A stretch of DNA of 32,000 bases, from the NCBI RefSeq assembly GCF_014280175.1, contig NZ_CP047931.1, positions 2,190,001 through 2,222,000 of the forward strand. The letters run 5' to 3'. Below are positions 12,132 through 21,598 of the stretch, piece after piece. The position numbers were made by a program, and so were the translations under genes. Below the pieces are notes generated by a model that worked only from the letters and a program-made list of their open reading frames with translations, was not told the origin of the DNA and made no database searches. Origin of the DNA: Synechococcus sp. A15-28 (GTDB lineage Bacteria > Cyanobacteriota > Cyanobacteriia > PCC-6307 > Cyanobiaceae). Within the stretch, counting starts at the first letter, position 1; each line of letters begins with the position of its first letter.

Positions 12132-13316
12132 TTAGCGACTGCGGATATCAGCGCGAACGCCATTGAGGCTGTCGGTGGTGGTGCCGACTTCGGCGAAGGC
12201 GGCCTGCAGCTCATCTGTTGCCAGCAGAGCTTCATAGGTGCTCACCACAACGGGATCAGCCACTGCATCGCCGGAGGTCCAGGCACGGAGAGCGACTAAA
12301 CCCTCATCGTTCGTGGGCACAGGGCCGCTGTTGTCGGCGTCGTAGCTGGTGATCTCACCGTTGTCGTCGAAGTTCACCACCAGGTGGCCCACATAGCGCC
12401 AGATCTGCTCGGTGTTGGTGATCAGAACGGTGTTGCCCTCGGAATCAGCCGACTGCAGAGGGTAGTTGTGCGTGATCGGATTGCCTGCTTCTTCGGTACG
12501 CAGCAGGTTGAACGGACCGCTGGGGGTGTCAGCGGACATGTAACCGGTCATGCCGGCCTGGATGATCACATCGACACCATCCAATTCCGCAGGAAGAACG
12601 GATTGATTGGTGTAGTCCTGAGCGTGATCAATGAAGATGATTTTATTGACACCTTGATTGGTGAGGCGATCGATCTCCGCCTGAATCAGGGGGAGCGGCT
12701 CAAGCACTGGTTCCCGAGCCGTTCCCTCACCACTGGTGCCACCGATGTAGTCCAGACCGGGCAGGTTGCCATCGGCGACCAGGGAGAACATTTCACTGGG
12801 TGAACGGCCGATCAAACCAATCTGCTCACCGTCGATTTCGATATAGGCGGAGGGTGCAATCTTGCCTGCCAAGTCTTCAACGCTTTGAGCGGGCTCACCG
12901 GCGGCGTAGCTCACGAAAGGAGCGGCATTGCCGTCCGTATCAACAACGGAGCTGAAGTCGAGGTTGGCGGACAAATGGACGTACTCCGATGCATTCACCA
13001 TGTCGATGAACTCACCGATGTTCCCATCCATCTCATGGTTACCAATGCCATTGGCCTTCACGCCCATGGCATTGAAAATTTTGATATCCGCTAAGCCAGG
13101 CTTACCTTCTGTAGTTTCACTAGCAGAATAAAAGAGATGAGGAAGGGTGTGGTCTCCAGCGGTGACATGAAGGCTGGCCCAACCCTGCGCTGCAGCTTCA
13201 TCCTGCAAGCCATCAGTGATGGCTGCGTAATTAACAACCTTGTCCTCAAGTGTATTGACATCCTTGAAGTTGGACTCGTTGTCAGAGCTGTGAATCAGCT
13301 GAAGCTGAAAAGCCAT
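12132..13316 (-). CDS. N-terminal fragment: metallophosphoesterase (5'-nucleotidase catalytic-like) domain
   Basis: LQLIHSSDNESNF, HVTAGDHTLPHLFYSA, GVKANGIGNHEMDG; 394 aa ending at the TAA. Confidence 0.75.
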   Translation of the reverse strand: MAFQLQLIHSSDNESNFKDVNTLEDKVVNYAAITDGLQDEAAAQGWASLHVTAGDHTLPHLFYSASETTEGKPGLADIKIFNAMGVKANGIGNHEMDGNIGEFIDMVNASEYVHLSANLDFSSVVDTDGNAAPFVSYAAGEPAQSVEDLAGKIAPSAYIEIDGEQIGLIGRSPSEMFSLVADGNLPGLDYIGGTSGEGTAREPVLEPLPLIQAEIDRLTNQGVNKIIFIDHAQDYTNQSVLPAELDGVDVIIQAGMTGYMSADTPSGPFNLLRTEEAGNPITHNYPLQSADSEGNTVLITNTEQIWRYVGHLVVNFDDNGEITSYDADNSGPVPTNDEGLVALRAWTSGDAVADPVVVSTYEALLATDELQAAFAEVGTTTDSLNGVRADIRSR

Positions 13317-13492
13317 GATTTAAGAATAAATCTCAAACTAATAATTAGATGAAATTTTCGCAGGATCCTTCAGTCCTTGTTGCACGGAGCACACAATGCT
13401 GTCTTGCGCATTACGAGGATCAATTCGTAAAAGTAGCCAGCAGCTTTACACGTTTATCTAACTCTAGTCATAGAAATTATTATGCATAAAAA

Positions 13493-13516
13493 AACCCCTT
13501 GCTGATGCAAGGGGTT
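13493..13516 (-). terminator. Rho-independent terminator for the 13538..15292 gene
   Basis: Perfect 10-bp stem AACCCCTTGC / GCAAGGGGTT with TGAT loop; minus strand reads ...AAGGGGTTTTTTTATG. Confidence 0.85.
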
Positions 13517-13537
13517 GAAGAGATTCGCTCTATTTGA

Positions 13538-15292
13538 TCAGCCCAGATCAGCCTGACTGATGGCGTAGGTGTCCAGAGTGCGGGACACCTCGTTGGTCAC
13601 AAACATGTGACCACTGGTCTTCGAATCGTTGACGAAGAGCAGACCCTCTGGGGAGAGGGATTCGGGAGATTGGAGAGTGGCCACGTGCTTAACGCGGTCA
13701 TCGTTGTCTGCCGCATTGATGTCAACAACCTCAAAGATGGGAACAATCGTTCCGAGCTCATCTTCGTCGCCGTTGTTGTAGCAACGCTCCAGCGCAACAG
13801 CGATGTAGTGACGCTTGTTCTTCTTCTTGCCGAAGGAGAAGTACTCAACGGTTTCAGGCTCGGTACCCTTGTCATCGCTGCGGCCGTCGGGATAGTAGCC
13901 GAGTTCAGCAGCAATTTCTTCGGTGAGGTTGCCGGAGTCGTAGACGACTTCACCTTCATTATTGTGAATGGAGAAGCCACGGCCGCCGAAACCGACCATG
14001 TTGCCGGTAACAGGATCGTTCTGATCAGCCAGGGTTTTCAGGCGTCCCTCAGCAATGATCTGTGAGTCGTAGTTGCTGACATCACCGAAGTCCTCCAAAT
14101 CCTTGGCACGAACTTCATCAGACCAGAACTCATCGTCCGAGCTGACACCGTACTTCTTAGTGATAAAGAATTCATCACCTTCTTCAGCTTCGAAATCTCC
14201 CTCGGAGCCAACGCCCGCTTGGTCGTAGATGTAGATCGTTTCGATCAGGTTTAGGGGATCAACAAAGGAATCGATCTCAGCACCGGTGGAGTTTGTTCCG
14301 TAGGAATAAACTCCAGCGGCCTCAGCCTCGAAGTTCACATCATCCGGACGGACGCGGCCATCACCCTCATTGGGGGAGATGAACAAAATCTGCTTCTTAC
14401 CACCAAGCTTGGTTTTGAAGGTATCGATGCCGTCAGGCATCCGTGCACTGGTTACGCCCTCTTTAACAGAGGGATTGTATCCATCGTCCTTATCGGTGGT
14501 ATCAAAGGGGATACCTGACCAATCCTTGTAGCCAAGGCCGAAAACGCCGGTGATTTTTCCTTTCTTCAGATTGACTTCAGCCAAAGCGTTGTTCTCCTGC
14601 AACGCCACGAGAGCTGTCTTGTTGCCGGTGATACCGACGTACTCAGGCTCGAGGTCGATCCGTGCAAACTTGTTATTGCCTGATTTCTCAGGGCCGTACA
14701 TCCGAACGCCGTTGTTCTCGTAGTAGCTGTTGTTCTTCGTGAAGTAGAGGATATTAACGTCAGACTTAGCAGGTTTCTTGTTATTAATATCGATGATTGA
14801 AATACTTCCAGGAGGGTTCTGACCGGCCTCATCAGAGCCGTAGAAATCGAGAGGCTCTCCCTCATCAGCAGTGACCAGTTTGTGGCCTTTCTTCGTGAAG
14901 GACAGCTGGTCGGGCTGGAAGCCGACGTCAACAGAACCACGGCTGATCAGTTCGCCGGCTTCGTAGTTGAAAAACTCGACCTTGCCCTCGCGGGTGTCAC
15001 GATCAAAAACGGAGGCCGCGACCAAACCCTTAGAGCTCACGCGAACGTCGGAAACGTCGCCTTCCAGGTAGTACTCAGCGACAACTTCTCCCTGGTCGTA
15101 ACCATTGGAGTAATCAACTGCAACAACCTGACCACCTTTGTCATCGGTGTACTCACCGGTGATGACGAAAGCAGTTTTGGTTGCGGGGTCCCAGTCAACT
15201 TTTTCAGCACCACCGGGATTAACCGATTGCAAAGGACTGATGATTTTGTCGCTGATCACGGCGGAAAAAACATACCCCCCGGAAAATGCCAT
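13538..15292 (-). CDS. Choice-of-anchor I family secreted phosphatase-like beta-propeller protein
   Basis: 584 aa; GGAEKVDWDPATKTAFVITGEYTDDKGG, VDVGFQPDQLSFTKKGHKLVTADEGEP, PEGSISIID-like PPGSISIIDI, YTVNDSKTSG-like LLFVNDSKTSGHMFVTNEVSRTLDTYAI. Pattern of the choice-of-anchor I / alkaline-phosphatase-associated family. Confidence 0.7.
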   Translation of the reverse strand: MAFSGGYVFSAVISDKIISPLQSVNPGGAEKVDWDPATKTAFVITGEYTDDKGGQVVAVDYSNGYDQGEVVAEYYLEGDVSDVRVSSKGLVAASVFDRDTREGKVEFFNYEAGELISRGSVDVGFQPDQLSFTKKGHKLVTADEGEPLDFYGSDEAGQNPPGSISIIDINNKKPAKSDVNILYFTKNNSYYENNGVRMYGPEKSGNNKFARIDLEPEYVGITGNKTALVALQENNALAEVNLKKGKITGVFGLGYKDWSGIPFDTTDKDDGYNPSVKEGVTSARMPDGIDTFKTKLGGKKQILFISPNEGDGRVRPDDVNFEAEAAGVYSYGTNSTGAEIDSFVDPLNLIETIYIYDQAGVGSEGDFEAEEGDEFFITKKYGVSSDDEFWSDEVRAKDLEDFGDVSNYDSQIIAEGRLKTLADQNDPVTGNMVGFGGRGFSIHNNEGEVVYDSGNLTEEIAAELGYYPDGRSDDKGTEPETVEYFSFGKKKNKRHYIAVALERCYNNGDEDELGTIVPIFEVVDINAADNDDRVKHVATLQSPESLSPEGLLFVNDSKTSGHMFVTNEVSRTLDTYAISQADLG

Positions 15293-15397
15293 CAGTAAGC
15301 AAAGAAGGATTTATGCCAGGTTTAAGATCTGATCAAGGTCCCTTGCGGGACATGTTCGTTGTGCACTAGGCAAACATTCCCTCCTTTCTGCCCTCAG

Positions 15398-15568
15398 ATG
15401 GAACTGCACCGCTGGATCAAGACCGACTGCGGCAGAGCCAAACTGGCTGATCTTGCAGCTCGCCCTGGTGTTCTTGCTCGCCTGCGGCTGGTTTGGTTTG
15501 TGCTAATCGCGGCTATCCGCGACTGGCCGCTACCCAATCCTGATCAGAGCGGCGACTCATCTTCCTGA
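15398..15568 (+). CDS. Small hypothetical protein (56 aa)
   Basis: ATG at 15398 in the 15359 ORF: MELHRWIKTDCGRAKLADLAARPGVLARLRLVWFVLIAAIRDWPLPNPDQSGDSSS. Confidence 0.45.
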   Translation: MELHRWIKTDCGRAKLADLAARPGVLARLRLVWFVLIAAIRDWPLPNPDQSGDSSS

Positions 15569-16200
15569 AGCGCCTGGCGTGCGGCACGGCTCACAAGAAC
15601 GACCACACCGATCGTGGCCACCACCCCCGCCACCCTCAGAGTCCAGGTCATCGGATCCGCCTCACCCCCCAGCACTTCACCAAAGCGGGCGACATCGCCG
15701 GCCAACGCCCCCAACCCGCAAAACAGCACCGTTCCAGGGAGGATGCCGATCAAGCCGATGCTGTAGTCCCGCAGGCTCACCTCACTAAGGCCATAGGCCA
15801 GGTTGAGCAACGAAAACGGAAAGGCGGGCGAAAGGCGCGTCAGCAGCACCAGCTTCAGCCCCTCTTTGCTGACGGCCCGCTCCACCGCCTGCAGCTTGGG
15901 GAGCTGCTCCAATCGGCGCTGGGCCCAGTCGCGCAGCACCGTGCGACCAAGCAGGAACACCACCACCGCCCCAAGGCTGGCGCCAACGAACACCAGGCCA
16001 CTGCCAAGCCAGGTGCCATAAAGAACCCCGGCCAGCATCGAGGCCCACACCCCCGGCAGCAGCAAGGTCACCCAGAGGGCATAGAGCGGAATGAACGCCA
16101 CCGCCCCCAGCGGGGAGCGAAGTAGCTCCAACGCATCCGGGAGCCAGTGCTGAACCAGGGAGATCAATTGGACACCCACCCACTCGGCGGAGCATGGCAC
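15544..16200 (-). CDS. TVP38/TMEM64-type VTT (SNARE-associated) membrane protein
   Basis: LPGVWASMLAGVLYGTWLGSGLVFVGASLGAVVVFLLGR...TRLSPAFPFSLLNLAYGLSEVSLRDYSIG...PGTVLFCGLGAL. Confidence 0.88.
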   Translation of the reverse strand: MPCSAEWVGVQLISLVQHWLPDALELLRSPLGAVAFIPLYALWVTLLLPGVWASMLAGVLYGTWLGSGLVFVGASLGAVVVFLLGRTVLRDWAQRRLEQLPKLQAVERAVSKEGLKLVLLTRLSPAFPFSLLNLAYGLSEVSLRDYSIGLIGILPGTVLFCGLGALAGDVARFGEVLGGEADPMTWTLRVAGVVATIGVVVLVSRAARQALQEDESPL

Positions 16201-16989
16201 TCAACTGGAGGCTGAGGTGTAGAAGCGCAGGGCAAAAAGCCAGAAAGCCCGCGCCGCCGCAAAGAACAGCACCGCCAGAGCCAGGCCCGCCAGCAGGATG
16301 GGTGCGGCGGCTTCACCGAGCAGCACCTGGGCTGGAACCGTGGTGAGAAACGCCACCGGCAGCACCAGGGTGAACAAGAGACGCAGGGCCGGTGGATAGG
16401 CGGTGAGGGGATAACGGCCGGAGGCCAGCAGGGCCCGCAGCACCTCGGTGGCATTCCAGGTTTTGACGAACCAGATGCTGGTGGCGGCAATCAGGAACCA
16501 GAGCGAATAAAGGATCAAGCCACCGGCCAGCAGCATCACCAGCACGGTGAAGAAGGAGGGCAGCGTGAGCACCACACCGGCCTGATGGCTGCCCCAGGCC
16601 AGAAGGCCAAGTCCCAGACCGATCTCCGGCAGCCCTGCCGGCGACAGGGTGCGCAACGACAACCAGAACTGGCTGTCGATCGGTTTGAGCAGCACGAAAT
16701 CCAGGGTTCCCTCGCGCACATGGGTGACGATCGCCCCGAGGTTGGGGCGCAACCAGGTGGTGGCCATGCCATCGAACACCGTGTAAAGCCCCTGCACCAT
16801 CAGAGCCTGGGCCCAGCTCCAGCCCCCCAACGTCTGATCGGGGCCATAGAACAGCGAGAGCAGGAACAGGCTGCCGCTGAGGCTCATCGCCACCGCCAGC
16901 AACTCGATCAGCACGTTGGCCTGATACTCCAGCTGCACGGCCACGGCCGTACCCCAGAAGCGGCGCAGGGTTCGCCAATACCGCCCCAT
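16201..16989 (-). CDS. ABC-2 family exporter permease
   Basis: Start MGRYWRTLRRFWGTAVAVQLEYQANVLIELLAV at 16989 overlaps the TGA of the next gene (TGATG). The track ORF start at 17160 is upstream of this likely start. Multiple TM segments. Confidence 0.85.
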   Translation of the reverse strand: MGRYWRTLRRFWGTAVAVQLEYQANVLIELLAVAMSLSGSLFLLSLFYGPDQTLGGWSWAQALMVQGLYTVFDGMATTWLRPNLGAIVTHVREGTLDFVLLKPIDSQFWLSLRTLSPAGLPEIGLGLGLLAWGSHQAGVVLTLPSFFTVLVMLLAGGLILYSLWFLIAATSIWFVKTWNATEVLRALLASGRYPLTAYPPALRLLFTLVLPVAFLTTVPAQVLLGEAAAPILLAGLALAVLFFAAARAFWLFALRFYTSASS

Positions 16990-17786
16990 CAGGCCCCCAT
17001 GGCGCTGTAGCGCCGCACGCCGGCCCGCCATAGCAGCAACAACAGCGGCAGCAACAGGACGATCCAAGCCAGCTGGGCACCAAAGCCCGCCAGCAGATCC
17101 ACCGGCTGGCCCGCCAGCACCCGGGCTGGAAAGTCGATCAGATAAGGGAAGGGCGTCCACTGGGCCAGGGCCCGCACCGCCGGCGGAAAGGCCGTAAGCG
17201 GTGCCAGCAAACCGGAAAGGAACAGGAAGGGGATGAACTGAAGCCGCTCCAGGGCACTGGCCTTCTCACTCCAGAAGCAGAGGGCGGCCAGCAGGCTCTG
17301 GAACAGGAAGGCGATGGCAAAGGCCATCCAGGTGGCCAGCCAGGCCAGCAGGAAGCCCCCCAACGACGGCAACCAGAAGGCCTGGGGCTGCACGGCAAAG
17401 AACACCGCCGCGATCAGGGCTGCAAAGGGCAGACGGGTGAGCTGCTCACCCAGGTGGGCCGCCACATAACGCCAGAGCGGATGCAGCGGCTGCAGCAGAT
17501 AGGGCGACAGCCGGCCCTGCAGGGCGTCCTCCTCAAAGGCGTACACCACCCACACCACTGAGAACTGGCGCACCAGAAAGGCGCTTAGGAAGTAGCGATC
17601 CAGGGCCACACCATCCAGCTCCAGCCCAGGGCGCGCGTCGCTGCCGCTCCAGACGCTGAGCATGATGAACGGCAGCACTCCTGAGAGGGCCCAGAGGGCG
17701 ATCTCAGCGCGGTATTCGAGCATGTGGGCGTACTGGGTTCCCAGCAGCACCCGGATGATCCGCCGGTTCAGCCCGAAGATCCGCAT
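16989..17786 (-). CDS. ABC-2 family exporter permease
   Basis: MRIFGLNRRIIRVLLGTQYAHMLEYRAEIALWALSGVLPFIMLSVW; start overlaps stop of the ATPase gene. Confidence 0.85.
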   Translation of the reverse strand: MRIFGLNRRIIRVLLGTQYAHMLEYRAEIALWALSGVLPFIMLSVWSGSDARPGLELDGVALDRYFLSAFLVRQFSVVWVVYAFEEDALQGRLSPYLLQPLHPLWRYVAAHLGEQLTRLPFAALIAAVFFAVQPQAFWLPSLGGFLLAWLATWMAFAIAFLFQSLLAALCFWSEKASALERLQFIPFLFLSGLLAPLTAFPPAVRALAQWTPFPYLIDFPARVLAGQPVDLLAGFGAQLAWIVLLLPLLLLLWRAGVRRYSAMGA

Positions 17787-18760
17787 CAGACGCGCCCCTG
17801 CCGAAACAACCCACCGATCAGTTCTTCAATCGGTGGATCGGTCACATCCAGATCACGCACAGGGAAACGATCCAGCAGTTGCGCCACCACGGCGGTGAGC
17901 TGATCGCGCGGCACCATCAGCCGCACATCACAGCCCTCCAGCTGCTCCAGACGCCCCAACCCCGCCAAGGCATCCGCTGCAACGGGCGACTCCAGTTCCA
18001 GCCGCACCTCCCGCTCCGGCGCCAGTTGATCGGCCAGCACCTCAAGAGGACCGTCGTGGAACAACCGCCCCTGGTGGATGAGCAGCACCCGGGGACACAA
18101 CGCCGTGATGTCAGCCATGTAGTGGCTGGTGAGCAGCACCGTTGCCCCCGTGCGGCGGTTGTAGTCCGCCAGAAACTGCCGCACCCGGGCCTGGGCATTC
18201 ACATCCAGCCCCAGGGTCGGTTCATCAAGGAACAGCACCTCCGGCTCATGCAGCAGCGCCGCCAGCAATTCGGCCTTCATCCGCTGGCCCAGGGAGAGCT
18301 TGCGCACCGGCCGGGTGAGCTCCTCCCCCAGCTCCAGCAGATCAGCCAGCTCACTGATCCGTCGCCGGGCCACGCCATCGGGGATGCCGTACACCGCCGC
18401 ATTCACCCGCAACGAATCCATCGGCGGCAGGTCCCAGAGCAGCTGCTGTTTCTGACCCATCACCAGGGTGATCCGCCGCAGGAACTCCGCCTGACGGCGC
18501 TGCGGACTGAAGCCCGCCACCTGCACCTCCCCAGCGCTGGGGTGAATGAGGCCGCAGAGCATCTTCAAGGTGGTGGTTTTGCCAGCGCCGTTGGCGCCAA
18601 GAAAGCCCACCATCTCGCCGGGCTCGATCCGGAAGGACACGTCCTGCACCGCCGTCACATCCCGGGTGCGGCGGCGAATGAAATGGCGCAGGGTGCCAGC
18701 CAGGCCGGGCTGCTTCTCGGCAACCCGGTAAGTCTTGCTCAGCCCCTCAACCTGAATCAC
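17786..18760 (-). CDS. ABC transporter ATP-binding protein (exporter type)
   Basis: GFLGANGAGKTTTLKMLCGL Walker A, LSLGQRMKAELLAALLHEPEVLFLDEPTLGLD signature/Walker B. Confidence 0.95.
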   Translation of the reverse strand: MIQVEGLSKTYRVAEKQPGLAGTLRHFIRRRTRDVTAVQDVSFRIEPGEMVGFLGANGAGKTTTLKMLCGLIHPSAGEVQVAGFSPQRRQAEFLRRITLVMGQKQQLLWDLPPMDSLRVNAAVYGIPDGVARRRISELADLLELGEELTRPVRKLSLGQRMKAELLAALLHEPEVLFLDEPTLGLDVNAQARVRQFLADYNRRTGATVLLTSHYMADITALCPRVLLIHQGRLFHDGPLEVLADQLAPEREVRLELESPVAADALAGLGRLEQLEGCDVRLMVPRDQLTAVVAQLLDRFPVRDLDVTDPPIEELIGGLFRQGRV

Positions 18761-18764
18761 CGAC

Positions 18765-21509
18765 TCAGCTCAGATCCGCCAAACGTTTGCGGGCCAGATC
18801 GGCCTGGGCCTGCTTCTCATCCAGGTTGGCCTGGCATTCCGCCACCACCTCCGGCGGTGCCTTATCGGCGAAGTTGGGGTTGCCCAGCCGGCCCGCCAGG
18901 CCCTTGATCTCCTTCTCGGCCTTGGCGATGTCTTTCTCGAGGCGGCCCTTGAGCGCATCGAGATCCACCAGGCCTTCGATGGGCAGCAGCACCTGCAGCT
19001 CACCGCTCACCCCCGCCAGGGCCTTGGCCACTGGAGCCGTATCCGCTTCCGCCGGCGCCATCACCGCCACCGACTCCGCCCGCGTCAACGCCGTGATGTC
19101 GGCCGTGCCCTGGTTGAGCACCGCCGCCAGCTCGCCGCGTCCGGTGACAAAGCGCACCGGCACCGATTGGGAGGGCTTGAGACCGGCCACCGCCCGAAGG
19201 TTGCGCACCACACGGATAGCACCGATCAGGTCTGCGAAGGAGGCTTCCAACGCGTCATCGAGGGCGCTCTCCTGCAGGGCCGGCCAGGGCTGCAGGGCCA
19301 GGAAGGTGGTCTCCGATTCGCCCGTGACGCTGTGCCAGAGCTCCTCGGTGAGGTGGGGCATCAACGGATGCAGCATCAGGTGCATCTGGCTGATCACCTT
19401 GGCCAGCACCTGCTTAGCCACCCGCTGATCAGCAAGGGCCTCGGCTGAGGGGTTCTCACCGGGATTGAGCCGGCGCTTGCTCAGCTCCAGATACCAGTCG
19501 CAGACGTCGTTCCAGGCGAACTCGTAGAGGCCCTTGGCCGCTTCACCCAAGCCATAGCTGCTGTAGCGCTCGGCCGTCTCCCGGTTCACCCGGGCCAAGC
19601 GCGACAAAATCCAGCGGTCTGCCAGTTGCAAGGCCGCGGGGTCAGGATCACCGAGTTGAGCCGGCGTTTCGTCGCCCAGGTTCATCAACGCGAAACGGGT
19701 GGCATTCCAGAGCTTGTTGGCGAAGTTGCGCGAGGCCTCCACCGTGGCGGAGGTGTCCTTCTTGCGGTCGTAATCGAGGCGGATGTCCTGACCCGCACCG
19801 GCCACTTCGCGCACCAGGGCGAAGCGCAGGGCATCGGTGCCGTAGCGGTCGATCAGCAGCAGCGGATCGATGCCGTTGCCGGCGCTCTTACTCATCTTGC
19901 GGTTCTGCTCGTCCCGCACCAGGCCATGGATGTAGACGTCCTGGAAGGGCATCTCACCGGTGAAGGCGCCGGCCATCATCGTCATCCGGGCCACCCAGAA
20001 AAAGATGATGTCGAAGCCCGTCACCAGGGTGCTGGTGGGGTACCAGCGCTGCAGGTCAGCGCTGTCAGCATCGGGCCAACCGAGGGTGGAGAAGGGCCAG
20101 AGGCCACTGGAGAACCAGGTGTCGAGCACGTCTTCGTCCTGCTCGATCTCCGCCGCCGCGCCGTACTCCGCCTTGGCCTTCGCCAGGGCTTCGGCTTCAT
20201 TGCGAGCCACTACATAAGGGGTGGTGTCGGTGTACTTGCCCCCGGACTCGCTGATCACGAACCAGGCGGGGATGCGATGCCCCCACCAGAGCTGGCGGCT
20301 GATGCACCAATCGCGGATGTCGGTGAGCCAGTCGCGATACACCTTCTCCCAGCGCTCGGGGATGAAGCGGGGGTCCTGCTTCTCGAGGGCTTCGCGGCAG
20401 CGCGCTGCCAGGGGCTCGGTTTTGACAAACCACTGGGTGGAGAGCAGGGGCTCCACCGGCACCTTGCCGCGATCGGAATAGGGAACGCTGTGGCGGTAGT
20501 CCTCCACCTTCACCAGCAGCCCCAGCTCCTCCAGGCCAGCCACCACGGCCTTGCGGGCCTCGAAACGATCCAGCCCCTCGAACTGGCCGGCCTCCTTGTT
20601 CATCGTGCCGTTCTTGCGCATCACCGTGATCTGGGGCAGACCGTGGCGCTGGCCGATGGCGAAATCGTTGGGGTCGTGGGCCGGTGTCACCTTGACGCAA
20701 CCGGTGCCGAACTCCTTCTCCACGTGGTCGTCGGCCACGATCGGAATCTCCCGCCCCACAAACGGCAGGGTGAGGGTCTGGCCCACCAGGTGGGCGTAGC
20801 GCTCGTCGGTGGGATTCACCGCCACCGCCGTGTCACCAAGCATCGTTTCGGGCCGGGTGGTGGCCACCTCCAGATGGCCATCGCCGCTGCTGAGCGGATA
20901 GCGGAAATGCCAGAGGTGGCCGTCCACCTCCTTCATCTCCACCTCGAGGTCGCTCACCGCCGAACCGGAGGCGGGGCACCAGTTCACCAGGTACTCACCG
21001 CGGTAAATCAGCCCCTGCTCATGCAGCCGAACGAAGGCCTCCTTCACCGCCTCACTCAGACCCTCATCCAGGGTGAAGCGCTGGCGCTTCCAATCCACGG
21101 AATAACCCAGCCGCCGCAGCTGGCCCACGATCCGGCCACCGCTTTCGGCCTTCCACTGCCAGGCCCGCTCCAGAAACGCCTCACGGCCGAGGTCGTGGCG
21201 GGTCTTGCCCTCCTCCTTCAGCTGCTTCTCGAGGATCGTCTGCACCGCAATCGAGGCGTGGTCGGTGCCCGGCAGGCAGAGCACGTTCTTCCCCGCCAGG
21301 CGTTGGTAGCGCACGATCGTGTCGATCAGGGCCGTGTTGAAGGCATGGCCCATGTGCAGGCTGCCGGTCACATTCGGCGGCGGGATCACCACCGAGAACG
21401 GGTCACCGGGGGCCTTCGGGTCGGGATGGAAGGCGCCCTGGTCCTCCCAGGCCTGCTGCCAGCGGGCCTCCGTGCCAACCGGGTCATAGGTCTTGGCCAG
21501 TTCGGGCAC
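18765..21509 (-). CDS. valS: Valyl-tRNA synthetase
   Basis: 914 aa; [69 protein letters not shown]-terminal coiled coil. Confidence 0.97.
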   Translation of the reverse strand: MPELAKTYDPVGTEARWQQAWEDQGAFHPDPKAPGDPFSVVIPPPNVTGSLHMGHAFNTALIDTIVRYQRLAGKNVLCLPGTDHASIAVQTILEKQLKEEGKTRHDLGREAFLERAWQWKAESGGRIVGQLRRLGYSVDWKRQRFTLDEGLSEAVKEAFVRLHEQGLIYRGEYLVNWCPASGSAVSDLEVEMKEVDGHLWHFRYPLSSGDGHLEVATTRPETMLGDTAVAVNPTDERYAHLVGQTLTLPFVGREIPIVADDHVEKEFGTGCVKVTPAHDPNDFAIGQRHGLPQITVMRKNGTMNKEAGQFEGLDRFEARKAVVAGLEELGLLVKVEDYRHSVPYSDRGKVPVEPLLSTQWFVKTEPLAARCREALEKQDPRFIPERWEKVYRDWLTDIRDWCISRQLWWGHRIPAWFVISESGGKYTDTTPYVVARNEAEALAKAKAEYGAAAEIEQDEDVLDTWFSSGLWPFSTLGWPDADSADLQRWYPTSTLVTGFDIIFFWVARMTMMAGAFTGEMPFQDVYIHGLVRDEQNRKMSKSAGNGIDPLLLIDRYGTDALRFALVREVAGAGQDIRLDYDRKKDTSATVEASRNFANKLWNATRFALMNLGDETPAQLGDPDPAALQLADRWILSRLARVNRETAERYSSYGLGEAAKGLYEFAWNDVCDWYLELSKRRLNPGENPSAEALADQRVAKQVLAKVISQMHLMLHPLMPHLTEELWHSVTGESETTFLALQPWPALQESALDDALEASFADLIGAIRVVRNLRAVAGLKPSQSVPVRFVTGRGELAAVLNQGTADITALTRAESVAVMAPAEADTAPVAKALAGVSGELQVLLPIEGLVDLDALKGRLEKDIAKAEKEIKGLAGRLGNPNFADKAPPEVVAECQANLDEKQAQADLARKRLADLS

Positions 21510-21598
21510 GAGAGGCAGAGAATCGGTGCGGCCATGGTCGCAAAAGGTGCTGACGGCCTAAGCGACTCTTCCTAAGCTCAGTACACGCCGTTGATGCC

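Larger units (their letters stand above)
11076..13316 (-). pseudogene. 5'-nucleotidase/metallophosphoesterase with C-terminal RTX-like Ca-binding repeats, interrupted by one in-frame TAA (12132..12134)
   Basis: Track ORFs 13316..12132 (394 aa) and 11975..11076 (299 aa) are in the same frame and the segment between them is open. Readthrough gives ...TDSLNGVRADIRSR*TNLGRLAADSTLWYANEYLEEIGETKRADIALKNGGGIRDTIAGLSPITQLQVNAALAFDNQLTIMDLTG..., the conserved 5'-nucleotidase C-terminal domain, followed by GTRGNDQL...GLRGDDMLKGRKADDLLDGG. It could be a nonsense-disrupted gene, a readthrough gene or a sequence error. Confidence 0.8.

Noticed and set aside
19626-21575. 649-aa + strand ORF opposite valS
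   Set aside because: It lies almost wholly antisense to the clear valS gene; low-complexity His/Gly/Ala-rich composition is typical of shadow ORFs in high-GC genomes.
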